Origin: Terriglobia bacterium
Lineage (GTDB): Bacteria > Acidobacteriota > Terriglobia > JAJPHL01
Direction: 5' to 3'
Length of the DNA: 64,000 bases
Assembly: GCA_021325275.1 (NCBI GenBank)
Contig: JAJPHL010000031.1
Coordinates: forward strand, 5,096-69,095
Positions 27,396 through 37,621 of the stretch are shown piece by piece. The position numbers and the translations under genes were made by a program. Each line of letters begins with the position of its first letter. Positions within the stretch are counted from its first letter, which is position 1. A model generated the notes under the pieces. It had not been told where the DNA came from and searched no databases. It was given only the letters and a program-made list of their open reading frames with translations.

Positions 27396-28681
27396 GAAAA
27401 ACTCTTCTGCTTCTGTTTGCAGCCGGCGCAATGGCGCAACCCACCACGACACCATTGACGCTGAAACAAGCGCAAGACATGGCGCTGAAGAATCATCCGC
27501 TGGTGATGGCGGCGGAGAACGAAGCGGCCGCGATGAGTCAAATGGTCACCGAGTCGCGCGCGGCGCTTTATCCGCAAGTTTCCGCCGATCTCACGGGATC
27601 GCAAGGCAACAAGGATGCGCGGGTCGGCGCGGGCGCGGTCGGCGCATCGCGCTTGTTCAATCGCTTCGCTCAAGGCGTGACGCTTTCGCAGCTCATCACC
27701 GACTCCGGACGTACACGCAGTCTTGTGGAGTCGTCGAAATTGCAAGCGCAGGCCAGCGCGCAACTCTCGACGGCCACGCGTTACGACGTGCTGGTGGCCG
27801 TCGATCACGCCTACTTCGAAGTGTTGCGCGCGCAAGCCACCGTGCGTGTCGCCGAGGAGACGGTGAAAGCGCGCGGCGTGCTGCAAGATCAAGTGTCGAC
27901 GCTGGCGCGAAACAAACTGCGCTCGGACCTCGACGTAACGTTTGCCGACGTGAACGTGTCCGATGCGAAATTGCTGCTGCTGCGCGCGCAGGAAAGCGTC
28001 GGCGGAGCGTACTCCGAGCTGGCGCGCGCTCTGGGCACCGATCAAGTCGTGCAGTATCAACTGGCCGACGAATCGCTGCCGCCCGCGCCGCCAACGGGCG
28101 CGGCGGATCTCGTTACGCAAGCATTAAGCAATCGCCCGGAGCTCGCAAGCCTGGCCAGTTCCAAAGATGCCGCGTACAAATTTGTGGAAGCCGAGCACGA
28201 TTTGAAGCGCCCAACGGTGAGCGTCATCGGCGTGGCGGGGTTTCTGCCGATCCTCTATCCGAATCCCACGGGATCGACGCAAGTGCCGAACAACTACGAA
28301 GGCGCGGCGATCGATATCGACTTTCCGATTTTCAACGGACATCTGTTTTCGGCGCGAGAGGAAGCCGCGCGGCAGCGCGCCATGGAATCGGATCAACGCC
28401 TGCGCGAAGCGCGCGACCGCGTGGCGCGCGACGTGCGAGCCGCGCTAGCGAGCGCGACGACGGCCTATCAGCGATTGTCCGTCACCGCCGACTACGTGAA
28501 GCAAGCGAATCAAGCGCTCGACCTCGCGCAAGGGCGCTACAACTTGGGTCTCGCGTCGATTGTAGAAATCACGCAAGCACAGTTGAATGTAACCAAAGCG
28601 CAAATCGAAGACTTAAGCGCGAAGTACGACTATGAGGATCAGTACGCCGCGCTGCAATACGCAATGGGGTTGTTGAGATAG
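27392..28681 (+). CDS. TolC-family outer membrane efflux protein
   Basis: Signal peptide; LTLKQAQDMALKNHP, NRPEL, RYNLGL. Confidence 0.92.
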   Translation: MRKTLLLLFAAGAMAQPTTTPLTLKQAQDMALKNHPLVMAAENEAAAMSQMVTESRAALYPQVSADLTGSQGNKDARVGAGAVGASRLFNRFAQGVTLSQLITDSGRTRSLVESSKLQAQASAQLSTATRYDVLVAVDHAYFEVLRAQATVRVAEETVKARGVLQDQVSTLARNKLRSDLDVTFADVNVSDAKLLLLRAQESVGGAYSELARALGTDQVVQYQLADESLPPAPPTGAADLVTQALSNRPELASLASSKDAAYKFVEAEHDLKRPTVSVIGVAGFLPILYPNPTGSTQVPNNYEGAAIDIDFPIFNGHLFSAREEAARQRAMESDQRLREARDRVARDVRAALASATTAYQRLSVTADYVKQANQALDLAQGRYNLGLASIVEITQAQLNVTKAQIEDLSAKYDYEDQYAALQYAMGLLR

Positions 28682-28721
28682 GCATATTGCCCTATGATTG
28701 ACATTGGGAGTTGAACACACG

Positions 28722-28970
28722 ATGAACCTCACCATCGAGATTCCGGATGACATCGCTGCCGCCTTGAAAGCGCAGGCTGAAGCGCAAGGTGTTTCTCCCT
28801 CCAGCTACGCGCGGCAAGCAATCGAAAAGAGCGTTTCGGAAGGATGCGGTGACGGCCATCCGTTCCAGACGGGCTATGGCATGTGGGCCAAGTACGGTCA
28901 CGCGCCGTCAGCAGAGGAAATCGACGAGAACCGTCGAGAATTGTTCGGCAATTTCGGCCAAGGCGCGTAA
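28722..28970 (+). CDS. RHH-type antitoxin
   Basis: LTIEIPDDIAAALKAQAEAQGVS; C-terminal PSAEEIDENRRELF; abuts a PIN fragment. Confidence 0.75.
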   Translation: MNLTIEIPDDIAAALKAQAEAQGVSPSSYARQAIEKSVSEGCGDGHPFQTGYGMWAKYGHAPSAEEIDENRRELFGNFGQGA

Positions 28971-29095
28971 ATGATCGCCGGTGTCGCCGACACGCACTCT
29001 GCGGTTTGGTTTCTCTTCGGCGACGCTCGTTTGTCCGCGACGGCGAAAGAGTTCTTTGTGCGCGCCGCATCCGAGCGCCGAGAAATCGCGCTCCT
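28971..29095 (+). pseudogene. Truncated VapC/PIN toxin
   Basis: MIAGVADTHSAVWFLFGDARLSATAKEF is a PIN N-terminus; similarity ends after ~41 codons and the frame runs antisense into ethD. Confidence 0.7.
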
Positions 29096-29110
29096 AACTC
29101 TTTCGGACGG

Positions 29111-29422
29111 CTACAGCTTGTCATCCTCGGCGATCAGCACGGTCATCGGTCCGCCGGTGGAGATTTCCAGCGCATGCGCGACCGTCGCTTGGCCGCCGGG
29201 CGAACCGAGCGAGGCTTGCAGCGATTCCATCGAATCGAAATACAATTCCGCCACGCGCTGATAGGGCGCCGCGCCGGCCGGCGATCCGAGCACGCGCGAC
29301 GCGATGAACTTGGTCACGCCGGTGAGGTTTTTCTGCGCCATCGGGACGTGCTCTTCGCGATAACGGCGCTCGAATGTCTCCACGTCTTTCGGCGGCGGGT
29401 ACAACACAATCACTTTGGGCAT
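29111..29422 (-). CDS. EthD family protein
   Basis: VLYPPP.D..FERRY.EEHVP, AELYFDS. Confidence 0.85.
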   Translation of the reverse strand: MPKVIVLYPPPKDVETFERRYREEHVPMAQKNLTGVTKFIASRVLGSPAGAAPYQRVAELYFDSMESLQASLGSPGGQATVAHALEISTGGPMTVLIAEDDKL

Positions 29423-29433
29423 GGAATTCTCCT

Positions 29434-30083
29434 TTATGAAATCACTCCCTTGCGCACGGCGTACAAAACGAGTTCCGGCGCGCTGTGCAGATTCAGTTTC
29501 TGCATGATTTTTCCGCGATGCGTCTCCACCGTCGATACGCTCAGGTCGAGCAGCACGGCCACTTCTTTGTTCGACTTTCCTTCCGCGAGCAACTGCAACA
29601 CCTCGCGCTCGCGCGGAGTCAGCAACTCGTAGCTATCTTGCACGCCGCGCTCCTGCACTTGACGCACGTAATCGTCGGCGAGCAAGCGGCTCATCGCGGG
29701 ACTGAAAAATCCTTTGCCTTCGCTCACCGCGCGAATCGCGGCAATCAAGTCGGCGTCGGCGGAGTCTTTCAGAAGTACGCGCGCGCGCCGGCTTTCAACG
29801 CTTGCAGCAGATAGCTCTCATCGGTGTGCATGCTGAGGATCACGATCGCGGTTTGCGGAAATTTCGCGGTGATCTGCCGCGCCGCCTCGATGCCGTTGAG
29901 TCTTGGCATGCCGATGTCGAGCACCACAACGTCGGGATGCCCTGCCTCGGCCATCTCGATCGCCTGACGTCCGTCGGACGCCTCGCCGATCACCTGAAAT
30001 TCCGGCTGGCGCTCGAGGAGCAAGCGCAAACCTTGCCGCAGCACGGTGTGATCGTCAGCGAGAAGAATCCGCAGAGGCTTCAC
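29434..30083 (-). pseudogene. NarL/LuxR response regulator split by a 1-bp frameshift
   Basis: Receiver ORF ends ...GARAYF*; adding one base restores [20 protein letters not shown], continuing into the LuxR HTH ([15 protein letters not shown]). Confidence 0.85.
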
Positions 30084-30087
30084 AGGT

Positions 30088-31401
30088 CTATTGTATGGGC
30101 AACGTGACCGCCAACAGCGTGCCCTTGCTTTTCTCCGATTCCATCGAAACTGTTCCGCCGAGGCGAGCTACGCGTTCTTGAATGCCGAGCAATCCCAAGC
30201 CGCGATCTTGTTTCAGGTCGAAGCCGCAACCGTTGTCCTGCACCGCAAGGCGCAGCGAGTTCCCTTCGCGGGAGAGCGTCACCCGGCACACCGTGGCCTT
30301 GGCGTGGCGCGACGCGTTGTGCAGAGCTTCCTGCACCACGCGAAACACGCAAGTCTTGTGTTCGTCCGGCAGATCCGCGAATTCGGAATCCGCCGCGACG
30401 TCCACACGCAGACCCGTGCGTCGCGACGTCTCGCGCGCCTGCCAGCGCAGTGCGGGCAGCAAGCCGATGTCGTCGAGCATCGAGGGACGCAGCAGCAGCG
30501 CCATGTTGCGCACCACGGCGACCGTACTTTCGGCGAGCTTTCGCACGGCATCCAAGCGCGGCCGCGAAGCTTCGGGAAGTGTGGCGGTGAGGCCGCCTAG
30601 CTCCAGCAGCACGGCGGAAAGCGATTGCCCCACTTCGTCGTGCAATTCGCGCGAGATGGTCCGGCGCTCCTCCTCTTGCGCTTCCAGCAATCGCGCCGAG
30701 AGCTCTTTCAGTTCCGCACGCGCTTGTTCAATCTCCAGATAGCGCTCGTACGCCTGACGCTCGAGGCGCAGGGTGTTCGAAATGCTCACGCCCGCCAGCG
30801 TCACGCCGAGAACCAACGAAATCCCCAGCACCGCGATGAGCCGCAGACGAAAATCGGCGAACATCGCGGCGATCCGCTCGCCGCCTTCATGCAATTGTTT
30901 TTCGTTTCGTTCAGAAAGCGCATCGGCCAGGCGCAACATCGACGTGCGTCGCGGATAAACTTCGTCGTTGAGAAACGCGTAGCCGCGCGCGCGGCGTTCT
31001 TCCGCGGACCAATCGAGCACCGGCTCGAGCGCATCCCAGAATCGGGCGATCTCCGAGGTCAGCGCGGCGGTGAGATCGCCTGACGGCACAGGATACGCCG
31101 CCACTTGCGCGGTGAGTTGCGCGCGAACCACGCGTAGCGCGTCGCGATGCACGTCGGCGGTCGCGGCGTCGGGATCGAGCAAGTAGTCGCGCGACGCCGT
31201 GCCGGTTAGATATAAGGATGTGCGGATTTCGTTGAGCGCACGATTGCGCGAAACGAACTCGCGGCGGATGGAATTGTCGGTCGCTTCAATGCGCCGCAGG
31301 GCCAGCAGCGCGTCGACGCTTGATAGCACGATCAACGCCAGCAAGCCGCCGAATCCGAGGAGCAGGATCAGGCGCGTGTTTACCGGCGAAGTTGCGTTCA
31401 C
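30088..31401 (-). CDS. Sensor histidine kinase (HisKA_3/NarX type)
   Basis: Two TMs with a helical periplasmic domain; ISRELHDEVGQSL, QEALHNASRH, DNGCGF, GLGLLG. Confidence 0.92.
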   Translation of the reverse strand: MNATSPVNTRLILLLGFGGLLALIVLSSVDALLALRRIEATDNSIRREFVSRNRALNEIRTSLYLTGTASRDYLLDPDAATADVHRDALRVVRAQLTAQVAAYPVPSGDLTAALTSEIARFWDALEPVLDWSAEERRARGYAFLNDEVYPRRTSMLRLADALSERNEKQLHEGGERIAAMFADFRLRLIAVLGISLVLGVTLAGVSISNTLRLERQAYERYLEIEQARAELKELSARLLEAQEEERRTISRELHDEVGQSLSAVLLELGGLTATLPEASRPRLDAVRKLAESTVAVVRNMALLLRPSMLDDIGLLPALRWQARETSRRTGLRVDVAADSEFADLPDEHKTCVFRVVQEALHNASRHAKATVCRVTLSREGNSLRLAVQDNGCGFDLKQDRGLGLLGIQERVARLGGTVSMESEKSKGTLLAVTLPIQ

Positions 31402-31402
31402 C

Positions 31403-32251
31403 TTAGCTCTTCATTCCGTCGAGCACGCCGCGCATGTACGCAAACGACTCGCGCATGCCCGGCAGCGGGTCTTCGGCGTGAATCTCGTACTCCAAGTCGA
31501 CCGATCCTTTGTAGCCTTGCTTGATGAGTTGCGCGAAGATCGCGCGGAACGGCATGATGCCGCGCCCGCACTCCACTTGGCTGTCGCGATCTTTATTATT
31601 CGCCAAGTCCTTCACGTGCATGTTCAGCAGGCGCGGACCTGCGTCGGCGATCGCTTGCACTACGTCTACGCCGGTACGCGTGGTGTGGCCGACGTCGATG
31701 CACATGCCCACGCGCGGATCGCGCTTCTGGATCGCCTTCAGCACATCGTATGGCGATTGGAAATTCTTCTCCTCGGGTCCATGATTGTGAATCGCCACGG
31801 GGATGTTGAATTCCTTCACCAACTCTTCCACTTTCGGCAGCGTGTCCGGCGTGGGGATGCAGACGATCACCGGGAAGCCGCAGTTTCTCGCGTACTCGAA
31901 CGCCGGACGCAATTGTTCTTCCTTCTGCATGCTGACGTTGCCGCCCGCGACGATCTTGAATCCGGCGTCGCTGAAGGCTTTCACCCCGAACTTCAGTTGA
32001 TTCGGCGAATCGGTCATCGGCAAGTGAAAATCCTTCACGTTCACGTTGACCACGCCCATCGGCTGCAGCTCCTTGAGCATCAGAAGCGCTTTGTGGCGAT
32101 AGAAATCGCGCAGCGAATACGTGGCGACGCCGAGACTCAGCGACGTGTTGTGCGACGCAACGGTCTGATTCATGCTCGGCGATTGCGCGGCGCCCGAGGC
32201 AGCCGCGAGCGAAGCTCCCGCGGTAGTTGTGAGAAATGTTCGACGATTCAT
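31403..32251 (-). CDS. Tat-exported sugar phosphate isomerase/epimerase (AP endonuclease 2 TIM barrel)
   Basis: MNRRTFL Tat motif; IHNH, CIDVGH, HVKD, LEYE. Confidence 0.85.
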   Translation of the reverse strand: MNRRTFLTTTAGASLAAASGAAQSPSMNQTVASHNTSLSLGVATYSLRDFYRHKALLMLKELQPMGVVNVNVKDFHLPMTDSPNQLKFGVKAFSDAGFKIVAGGNVSMQKEEQLRPAFEYARNCGFPVIVCIPTPDTLPKVEELVKEFNIPVAIHNHGPEEKNFQSPYDVLKAIQKRDPRVGMCIDVGHTTRTGVDVVQAIADAGPRLLNMHVKDLANNKDRDSQVECGRGIMPFRAIFAQLIKQGYKGSVDLEYEIHAEDPLPGMRESFAYMRGVLDGMKS

Positions 32252-32430
32252 TTGAAGAGAACTCCCCCGTTTTGGTTGAAAGATGGCGTCAAATAAAGAC
32301 CACAGTACCATAGTTGGTAGGCACTCGGTTGGATGCCCGCTAGGTTTCATCTCTTTCGAATTCTTTACGTGCAACGCGGCGCAAAACGCCGGCGTCGAAC
32401 GCTGTGGTAGGGTAATTCGAGGAGACCAAC

Positions 32431-33360
32431 ATGCGAACCAATCGACTCACCAGAACGTTGACATTCACTCTGATGTTTTCCGCTGCCGTAATGTCCGCGA
32501 TGCCGCTCGCGGCGCAAGCGCCGCCACCGGTGGGACCGCCGCCGGCGATGTTGCCGCCGGGCGAACTCGATCGCTTGGTGTCGGGCATCGCGCTTTACCC
32601 CGATCCGCTGTTGGCACAAGTGCTGGCCGCTTCCACTTACGCCGATCAAATTCCAGAAGCCGCCAGATACTCCGATCAACATCACTATTTGTCGCCCGAA
32701 CAATTGGCCGCCGCCATCCGGGAAGACAATTTGCCGTGGGACCCCGCGGTGCAAGCGTTGCTGCCGTTCCCCGCGGTGCTCGATCGCATGGCCAGCGACA
32801 TGAACTGGACGCATCGCCTGGGCGACGCTTTCCTCGCGCAGCCGAATGACGTGGAAGACGCGGTGCAGCGCGAGCGCCATCAGGCGTGGCAATACGGATA
32901 TCTCCGCAGTTCACCGCAAGTGATCGTGCGCAATGGGCCGTTCATCGAAATCGTGCCCACCGACCCGGGATACATCCCCGTGCCGTACTATGATCCGGCG
33001 GTGGTGTTCGTGGGACCGCGGCCCGGATTCTTCGTCGGCGCGGCGATCGGCTGGGGATACGGAATTCACCTCGGTGGATTCTTCTCGCCGTGGGGCTGGG
33101 GAGGAATCCGCTTCGGCTGGGGCGAACACCGCGTCTTTTTCGGCGGTGTGCCGTGGGGACGCACGTGGGGGAATCGCTGGACCTACTGGCACGGCGGATA
33201 TCGCGGCTTCGAGCGGCCGGCATTCGTCGGCGCGCGTCCCGCGCACTTCGAGGAGCATCACGAATTGCGCGAGCGTTCCGAACGCGAACGCTCGGCGGCG
33301 CGCTACGGACATCCGCACGTGGAAGAGCATGAACGTCCACGCGGTGGCCGCGGACACTAA
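32431..33360 (+). CDS. DUF3300 domain protein
   Basis: LD.LV..IALYPDPLLAQVLAASTY, WDPAVQAL; G/W-rich and H/R/E-rich tail. Confidence 0.88.
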   Translation: MRTNRLTRTLTFTLMFSAAVMSAMPLAAQAPPPVGPPPAMLPPGELDRLVSGIALYPDPLLAQVLAASTYADQIPEAARYSDQHHYLSPEQLAAAIREDNLPWDPAVQALLPFPAVLDRMASDMNWTHRLGDAFLAQPNDVEDAVQRERHQAWQYGYLRSSPQVIVRNGPFIEIVPTDPGYIPVPYYDPAVVFVGPRPGFFVGAAIGWGYGIHLGGFFSPWGWGGIRFGWGEHRVFFGGVPWGRTWGNRWTYWHGGYRGFERPAFVGARPAHFEEHHELRERSERERSAARYGHPHVEEHERPRGGRGH

Positions 33361-33391
33361 GTAAGACAGTTGCTGGTTGCCGATTAGGACG

Positions 33392-33430
33392 AAGGGCTCA
33401 CGGAAGACAATCCGTGGGCCTTTTTGTTTT
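33392..33430 (+). terminator. Rho-independent terminator
   Basis: GGGCTCACGGA..TCCGTGGGCC stem followed by TTTTTGTTTT. Confidence 0.75.
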
Positions 33431-33462
33431 CAACCAGCAACCAGCACCAGCAACCAGCAACC
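33431..33462. repeat. CAACCAG heptamer tandem repeat (inverted copy GTTGCTGGTTG at ~33369)
   Basis: Directly visible. Confidence 0.8.
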
Positions 33463-33484
33463 GTTGTTGTATGATGCATAGTTC

Positions 33485-35863
33485 ATGCCTTTATTGCTTC
33501 TTCCTCTATTGTTGTTGTTCGCGGCCAGCGGCTGCGCGGCATTGATCTACGAAATTGTCTGGTTCAAGCTGCTTCAGCTTGTGATCGGCTCCACGGGCGT
33601 GTCGATCGGCGTGCTGTTGGCCGCCTACATGGGCGGACTTTTCCTCGGCAGCTTCCTCTATCCGAAGTACGTCGACAAGAAGAAGCATCCGCTGCTGGTC
33701 TATGCGGCGATTGAAGCGGGCATCGGGGTGTTCGGCATTCTCGTGATTCTGGGATTGGGGCCGTTCGACAGTTGGTACAGCGCGCACGCCGCCGCGGGAT
33801 TCGCGGGATTGCTGGAGCGCTCGATTTTCGCGGGCCTCTTCCTGCTGCCGCCGACCATTTTGATGGGCGCGTCGCTGCCGGCGATCTCGCGCTGGCTGGA
33901 AGCGAAGCCGGAAGGACTCGCCGGCATCGGCTATCTCTACGGCGCGAACACGGCCGGCGCGTTTGTCGGCTGCACGCTCGCGGGATTTTATTTGTTGCGA
34001 CTTTTCGATATGCCGTCGGCGGCGTTTGTCGCGGCGGGAATCAATTTCCTAGCGGCCGCCGGCAGCTTCTTCCTGGCAAAGTCCACGCCTTACGCTCCGC
34101 TGCCGGCGCCGGAACTTTCCCCAGGTGTCACGCAAGATTTTCCGGCGATCAGTGGACCGCCGACGAGCATTTACTGGGCCATCGGACTCTCGGGTGCGGC
34201 GGCGCTCGGCGCGGAAGTCGTGTGGACGCGCTTGCTCGGCTTGATGGTCGGCGCGACGGTCTATACGTTTTCGATTATCCTCGCGGGATTTCTCGTCGGC
34301 ATCGGTCTCGGCAGCGCCGCGGCGTCGTGGACCGTGCGGCAAGGATGGAATGCGCGCCGCACGCTGGGCGTTACGCAGTTCGTGTTGCTGATCGGCATCG
34401 GCTGGACGATGATCGCGATGGCCAGCATCTTGCCGTACGTGCCCATCAACAACAATCAGGACTTGTGGCGCGGATTCGGCATCGACGTAGTGCGCATTTT
34501 CTTGAGCGTGATTCCCGGCGCGCTCTTGTGGGGCGCGAGTTTTCCGCTGGCGCTGGCGGCCGCGGCCGTGCCCGGTGAAGACACCGGCAAACTCGCCAGC
34601 CGCATTTACGCCGCGAATACGCTCGGCGCGATTGTCGGCGCGATCGGCTTCAGCTTGTTTTTCATTCCCGGCGTCGGCACGCATCGGTCCGAGCACAATA
34701 TCCTTTTGCTGACGGCCGCGGCGGCCGTCTGCGCGTTTCCCAAGGGATCGCGATTGAAGTGGGGCATCGCGGCGGGTGTCCTGGCGCTGATCGGAATCTT
34801 CGCGTATCCGGAAGTCCCGTGGCAAGTCTTCGCCTATGGACGCGAAACCACCATCGCCGTGAAAGACGGCCGCCTGCTCTACAACGGCGAGGGGCGCGAC
34901 GCGTCGATCGCGGTGAGCGAAACGTCGGACGGCGTGCGCTTCTATCACATCAGCGGAAAAACGGAGGCGTCCACCGAACCGTACGATATGCGCGTGGAAC
35001 GCATGCTCGGCCACTTGCCGGCGCTGCTGACCGATTCGCCGCAGTCGATTTTGCTCGTGGGATGCGGCGCGGGCATCACCGCCGGAACGTTCGTGGTGCA
35101 GCCGGAGACGGAGCGAATCCACATCTGCGAGTTGGAAAAACTCGTCCCGCAAGCCAACTCGATTTACTTCGCGCGTGAAAATCACAACGTGGTGAAAGAT
35201 CCGCGCACCGTAATCACCTTCGACGACGCGCGTCACTTCATCCAAACCACCGACGAGAAGTTCGACATCATCACGAGCGATCCCATCGCACCGTGGGTGC
35301 GTGGATCGGCCACGCTTTCCACGCGCGAGTATTTCGAAACCTGCAAGCGCCACTTGAAACCGGGCGGAATCATGGCCCATTGGCTGCCGTTTTACGAGAC
35401 CGATCCGGAGTCGGTGAAGAGCGGCGCGAGAACTTTCTTCGAGGTGTTTCCGAACGCCACGATTTGGAGCAACGACATCGACGGCGAAGGCTACGACTCG
35501 CTGATCATCGGCGTGAACGGCGATCCCACCATCGACGTCGATAAGATGCAAGCGCGCTTGAATCGCCCCGATTACGGCGGCGTGCGGCAATCGCTCTCGG
35601 AAATCGGCTTGGGATCGGCGGCGGAATTGCTCGCCACATACGCGGGCAGCGATCACGATCTCGGAGGATGGCTCGACGACGCGCCGGTTAACTTGGACCG
35701 TAACATGCGCCTCGAGTTCATTGCGGGCGCGGCGCTGCGTCATCACATGGCTCCGCAAATCTTCGATCAGATGTGCCAGTATCGTCAGTTTCCCACGTGG
35801 CTGCTGAAAGGCTCGCCGCAGCAGTTGGAAATGGTTCGCATGCTGCTGCACGGAAGGAAATAG
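33485..35863 (+). CDS. Fused membrane (MFS-like)/spermidine synthase-family methyltransferase
   Basis: SGCAALIYEIVW, YGANTAGA, second repeat YAANTLGA; C-terminal VGCGAGIT, DDARHF, FDIITSDP. Confidence 0.9.
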   Translation: MPLLLLPLLLLFAASGCAALIYEIVWFKLLQLVIGSTGVSIGVLLAAYMGGLFLGSFLYPKYVDKKKHPLLVYAAIEAGIGVFGILVILGLGPFDSWYSAHAAAGFAGLLERSIFAGLFLLPPTILMGASLPAISRWLEAKPEGLAGIGYLYGANTAGAFVGCTLAGFYLLRLFDMPSAAFVAAGINFLAAAGSFFLAKSTPYAPLPAPELSPGVTQDFPAISGPPTSIYWAIGLSGAAALGAEVVWTRLLGLMVGATVYTFSIILAGFLVGIGLGSAAASWTVRQGWNARRTLGVTQFVLLIGIGWTMIAMASILPYVPINNNQDLWRGFGIDVVRIFLSVIPGALLWGASFPLALAAAAVPGEDTGKLASRIYAANTLGAIVGAIGFSLFFIPGVGTHRSEHNILLLTAAAAVCAFPKGSRLKWGIAAGVLALIGIFAYPEVPWQVFAYGRETTIAVKDGRLLYNGEGRDASIAVSETSDGVRFYHISGKTEASTEPYDMRVERMLGHLPALLTDSPQSILLVGCGAGITAGTFVVQPETERIHICELEKLVPQANSIYFARENHNVVKDPRTVITFDDARHFIQTTDEKFDIITSDPIAPWVRGSATLSTREYFETCKRHLKPGGIMAHWLPFYETDPESVKSGARTFFEVFPNATIWSNDIDGEGYDSLIIGVNGDPTIDVDKMQARLNRPDYGGVRQSLSEIGLGSAAELLATYAGSDHDLGGWLDDAPVNLDRNMRLEFIAGAALRHHMAPQIFDQMCQYRQFPTWLLKGSPQQLEMVRMLLHGRK

Positions 35864-37224
35864 TGGACCGCCGGCAGTTTCTCGCGACACTGGGCGCGGC
35901 CGCGCTGCCGGCGGTGGGTTCCGCGAACGCACTTCCCAGCGAACGTCAACTTCGCTGGCACGAACTCGAAACCACCGCGTTTCTCCATTTCACGGTGAAC
36001 ACTTTCACCGATAAAGAATGGGGATACGGCGACGAAGATCCCGCGATTTTCAATCCCGCGAAGTTTGACGCCGACGCGATCGTCACGACGCTCGATCGTG
36101 CCGGCATGCGCGGCGTGATTCTCACCTGCAAGCATCACGACGGATTCTGTCTGTGGCCCACGGCGACCACCGATCATTCTGTGCGAGCCAGCAAGTGGCG
36201 CGACGGCAAGGGCGACGTGGTCCGTGAAATCGCGGACGCCGCGCGGCGCCGCGGACTGGGCGTCGGCGTGTATCTCTCGCCGTGGGATCGCAACAACGCC
36301 GCGTACGGGCGTCCTGAGTATGTGGAGATTTATCGCCGTCAACTGACGGAATTGCTGACGCGCTACGGTCCCATCTTCGAGGTGTGGCACGACGGCGCGA
36401 ACGGCGGCGACGGATATTACGGCGGCGCGCGCGAAAAACGCACCATCGATCGCAACACTTACTACGATTGGCCGGGCACGTGGGCGCTGGTGCGCAAACT
36501 GCAACCGGACGCGGTGATCTTCAGCGACATTGGACCCGACATTCGCTGGGTCGGCAACGAAAAGGGAATCGCCGGCGATCCTTGCTGGATGGCGTACGAT
36601 CCGGTGGGCGCGGATGGCGGCATGGCCGGCGTCGGCAACGTGCGCGAGAAGGATTCGCCCACGGGTACGCGTCATGGGTCGCACTGGCTGCCTCCGGAAT
36701 GCGATGTATCGATTCGTCCTGGGTGGTTTTGGCACGAGCGCGAAAATCCGCGCGTTAAAACAACGCGCGACTTGGTGAACTTGTACTTTCAATCCGTAGG
36801 ACGCGGCGCGAATCTGTTGTTGAATGTTCCGCCGAATCGCGATGGCTTGCTCTCGACGTGGGATACGACACCGCTCGAAGCCTTCGGCCGCTGGCGCCGC
36901 GCGACCTTTGAAGTGAATCACGCGGCGGGCGTTCCACTGAAACGCCAAGGCGATGATTTTACGCTCGACTTAAAACGCCCCGCGGCGTTCAACGTGATCC
37001 GTGTGCGTGAAGACATTCGCCAGGGCCAGCGTATCGACGCGTTTACGATCTACGCCGAGGTCGATGGCAACTGGGAGACGATCGCCGAAGCCACTAGCAT
37101 CGGCCCGCGCCGATTGTTTCGCCTGGGCCGCAACGTGACCGCCGGCCGCGTGCGTTTGCGCATCGCGCAACAATCGGCGAAAGCGGAAATCACGGAGCTG
37201 GCGTTGTTTGCTGAACAACCCTAG
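35863..37224 (+). CDS. Alpha-L-fucosidase (GH29), Tat-exported
   Basis: DRRQFL; KHHDGFCLWP, YLSPWD, WHDGA, SIRPGWF, SVGRGANLLLN. Confidence 0.93.
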   Translation: MDRRQFLATLGAAALPAVGSANALPSERQLRWHELETTAFLHFTVNTFTDKEWGYGDEDPAIFNPAKFDADAIVTTLDRAGMRGVILTCKHHDGFCLWPTATTDHSVRASKWRDGKGDVVREIADAARRRGLGVGVYLSPWDRNNAAYGRPEYVEIYRRQLTELLTRYGPIFEVWHDGANGGDGYYGGAREKRTIDRNTYYDWPGTWALVRKLQPDAVIFSDIGPDIRWVGNEKGIAGDPCWMAYDPVGADGGMAGVGNVREKDSPTGTRHGSHWLPPECDVSIRPGWFWHERENPRVKTTRDLVNLYFQSVGRGANLLLNVPPNRDGLLSTWDTTPLEAFGRWRRATFEVNHAAGVPLKRQGDDFTLDLKRPAAFNVIRVREDIRQGQRIDAFTIYAEVDGNWETIAEATSIGPRRLFRLGRNVTAGRVRLRIAQQSAKAEITELALFAEQP

Positions 37225-37230
37225 GGCCGG

Positions 37231-37617
37231 TCAGCGCGCTGGATAGAGATGTAACTCGGGCATTGGAAAATCCTTCACGTTGCTTGTCACCAAGATTAGA
37301 TCGTGCACGATGGCGGTCGCGGCGATCAGCGTGTCCAGCAATGAGAGGGTTCGGCCCCGCGACGCCCAGCGGTTCTTGAGGTCGCCGGCGAGCCGCGCGA
37401 TCTCGAGCGTGACTTCGTACTGAATCATTTCCTTCAGAAGCCTTTCCGTCCGAGCTTTCTCATGACCGCGCATGCCGCTGTAAAGTTCGCCGACCGTAAT
37501 GACGGAACAAGCCAGCAGTCCGCCTGACGAGACAATCTCGTCCAGCAGAGCGAACCGGTCTGCGCGCCCGCGAATCGAGCCAATCAAGATGTTCGTGTCC
37601 GTCAGGTAGACATCCAT
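37231..37617 (-). CDS. VapC PIN-domain toxin
   Basis: DTNILI..SVITVGEL..DTLIAATA..LVTSN.KDF. Confidence 0.9.
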   Translation of the reverse strand: MDVYLTDTNILIGSIRGRADRFALLDEIVSSGGLLACSVITVGELYSGMRGHEKARTERLLKEMIQYEVTLEIARLAGDLKNRWASRGRTLSLLDTLIAATAIVHDLILVTSNVKDFPMPELHLYPAR

Positions 37618-37621
37618 CCGA

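Noticed and set aside
29769-29771. TGA in the response regulator as a Sec codon
   Set aside because: Homology continues in a different frame, the position is not a Cys site, and no SECIS follows; it is a frameshift.
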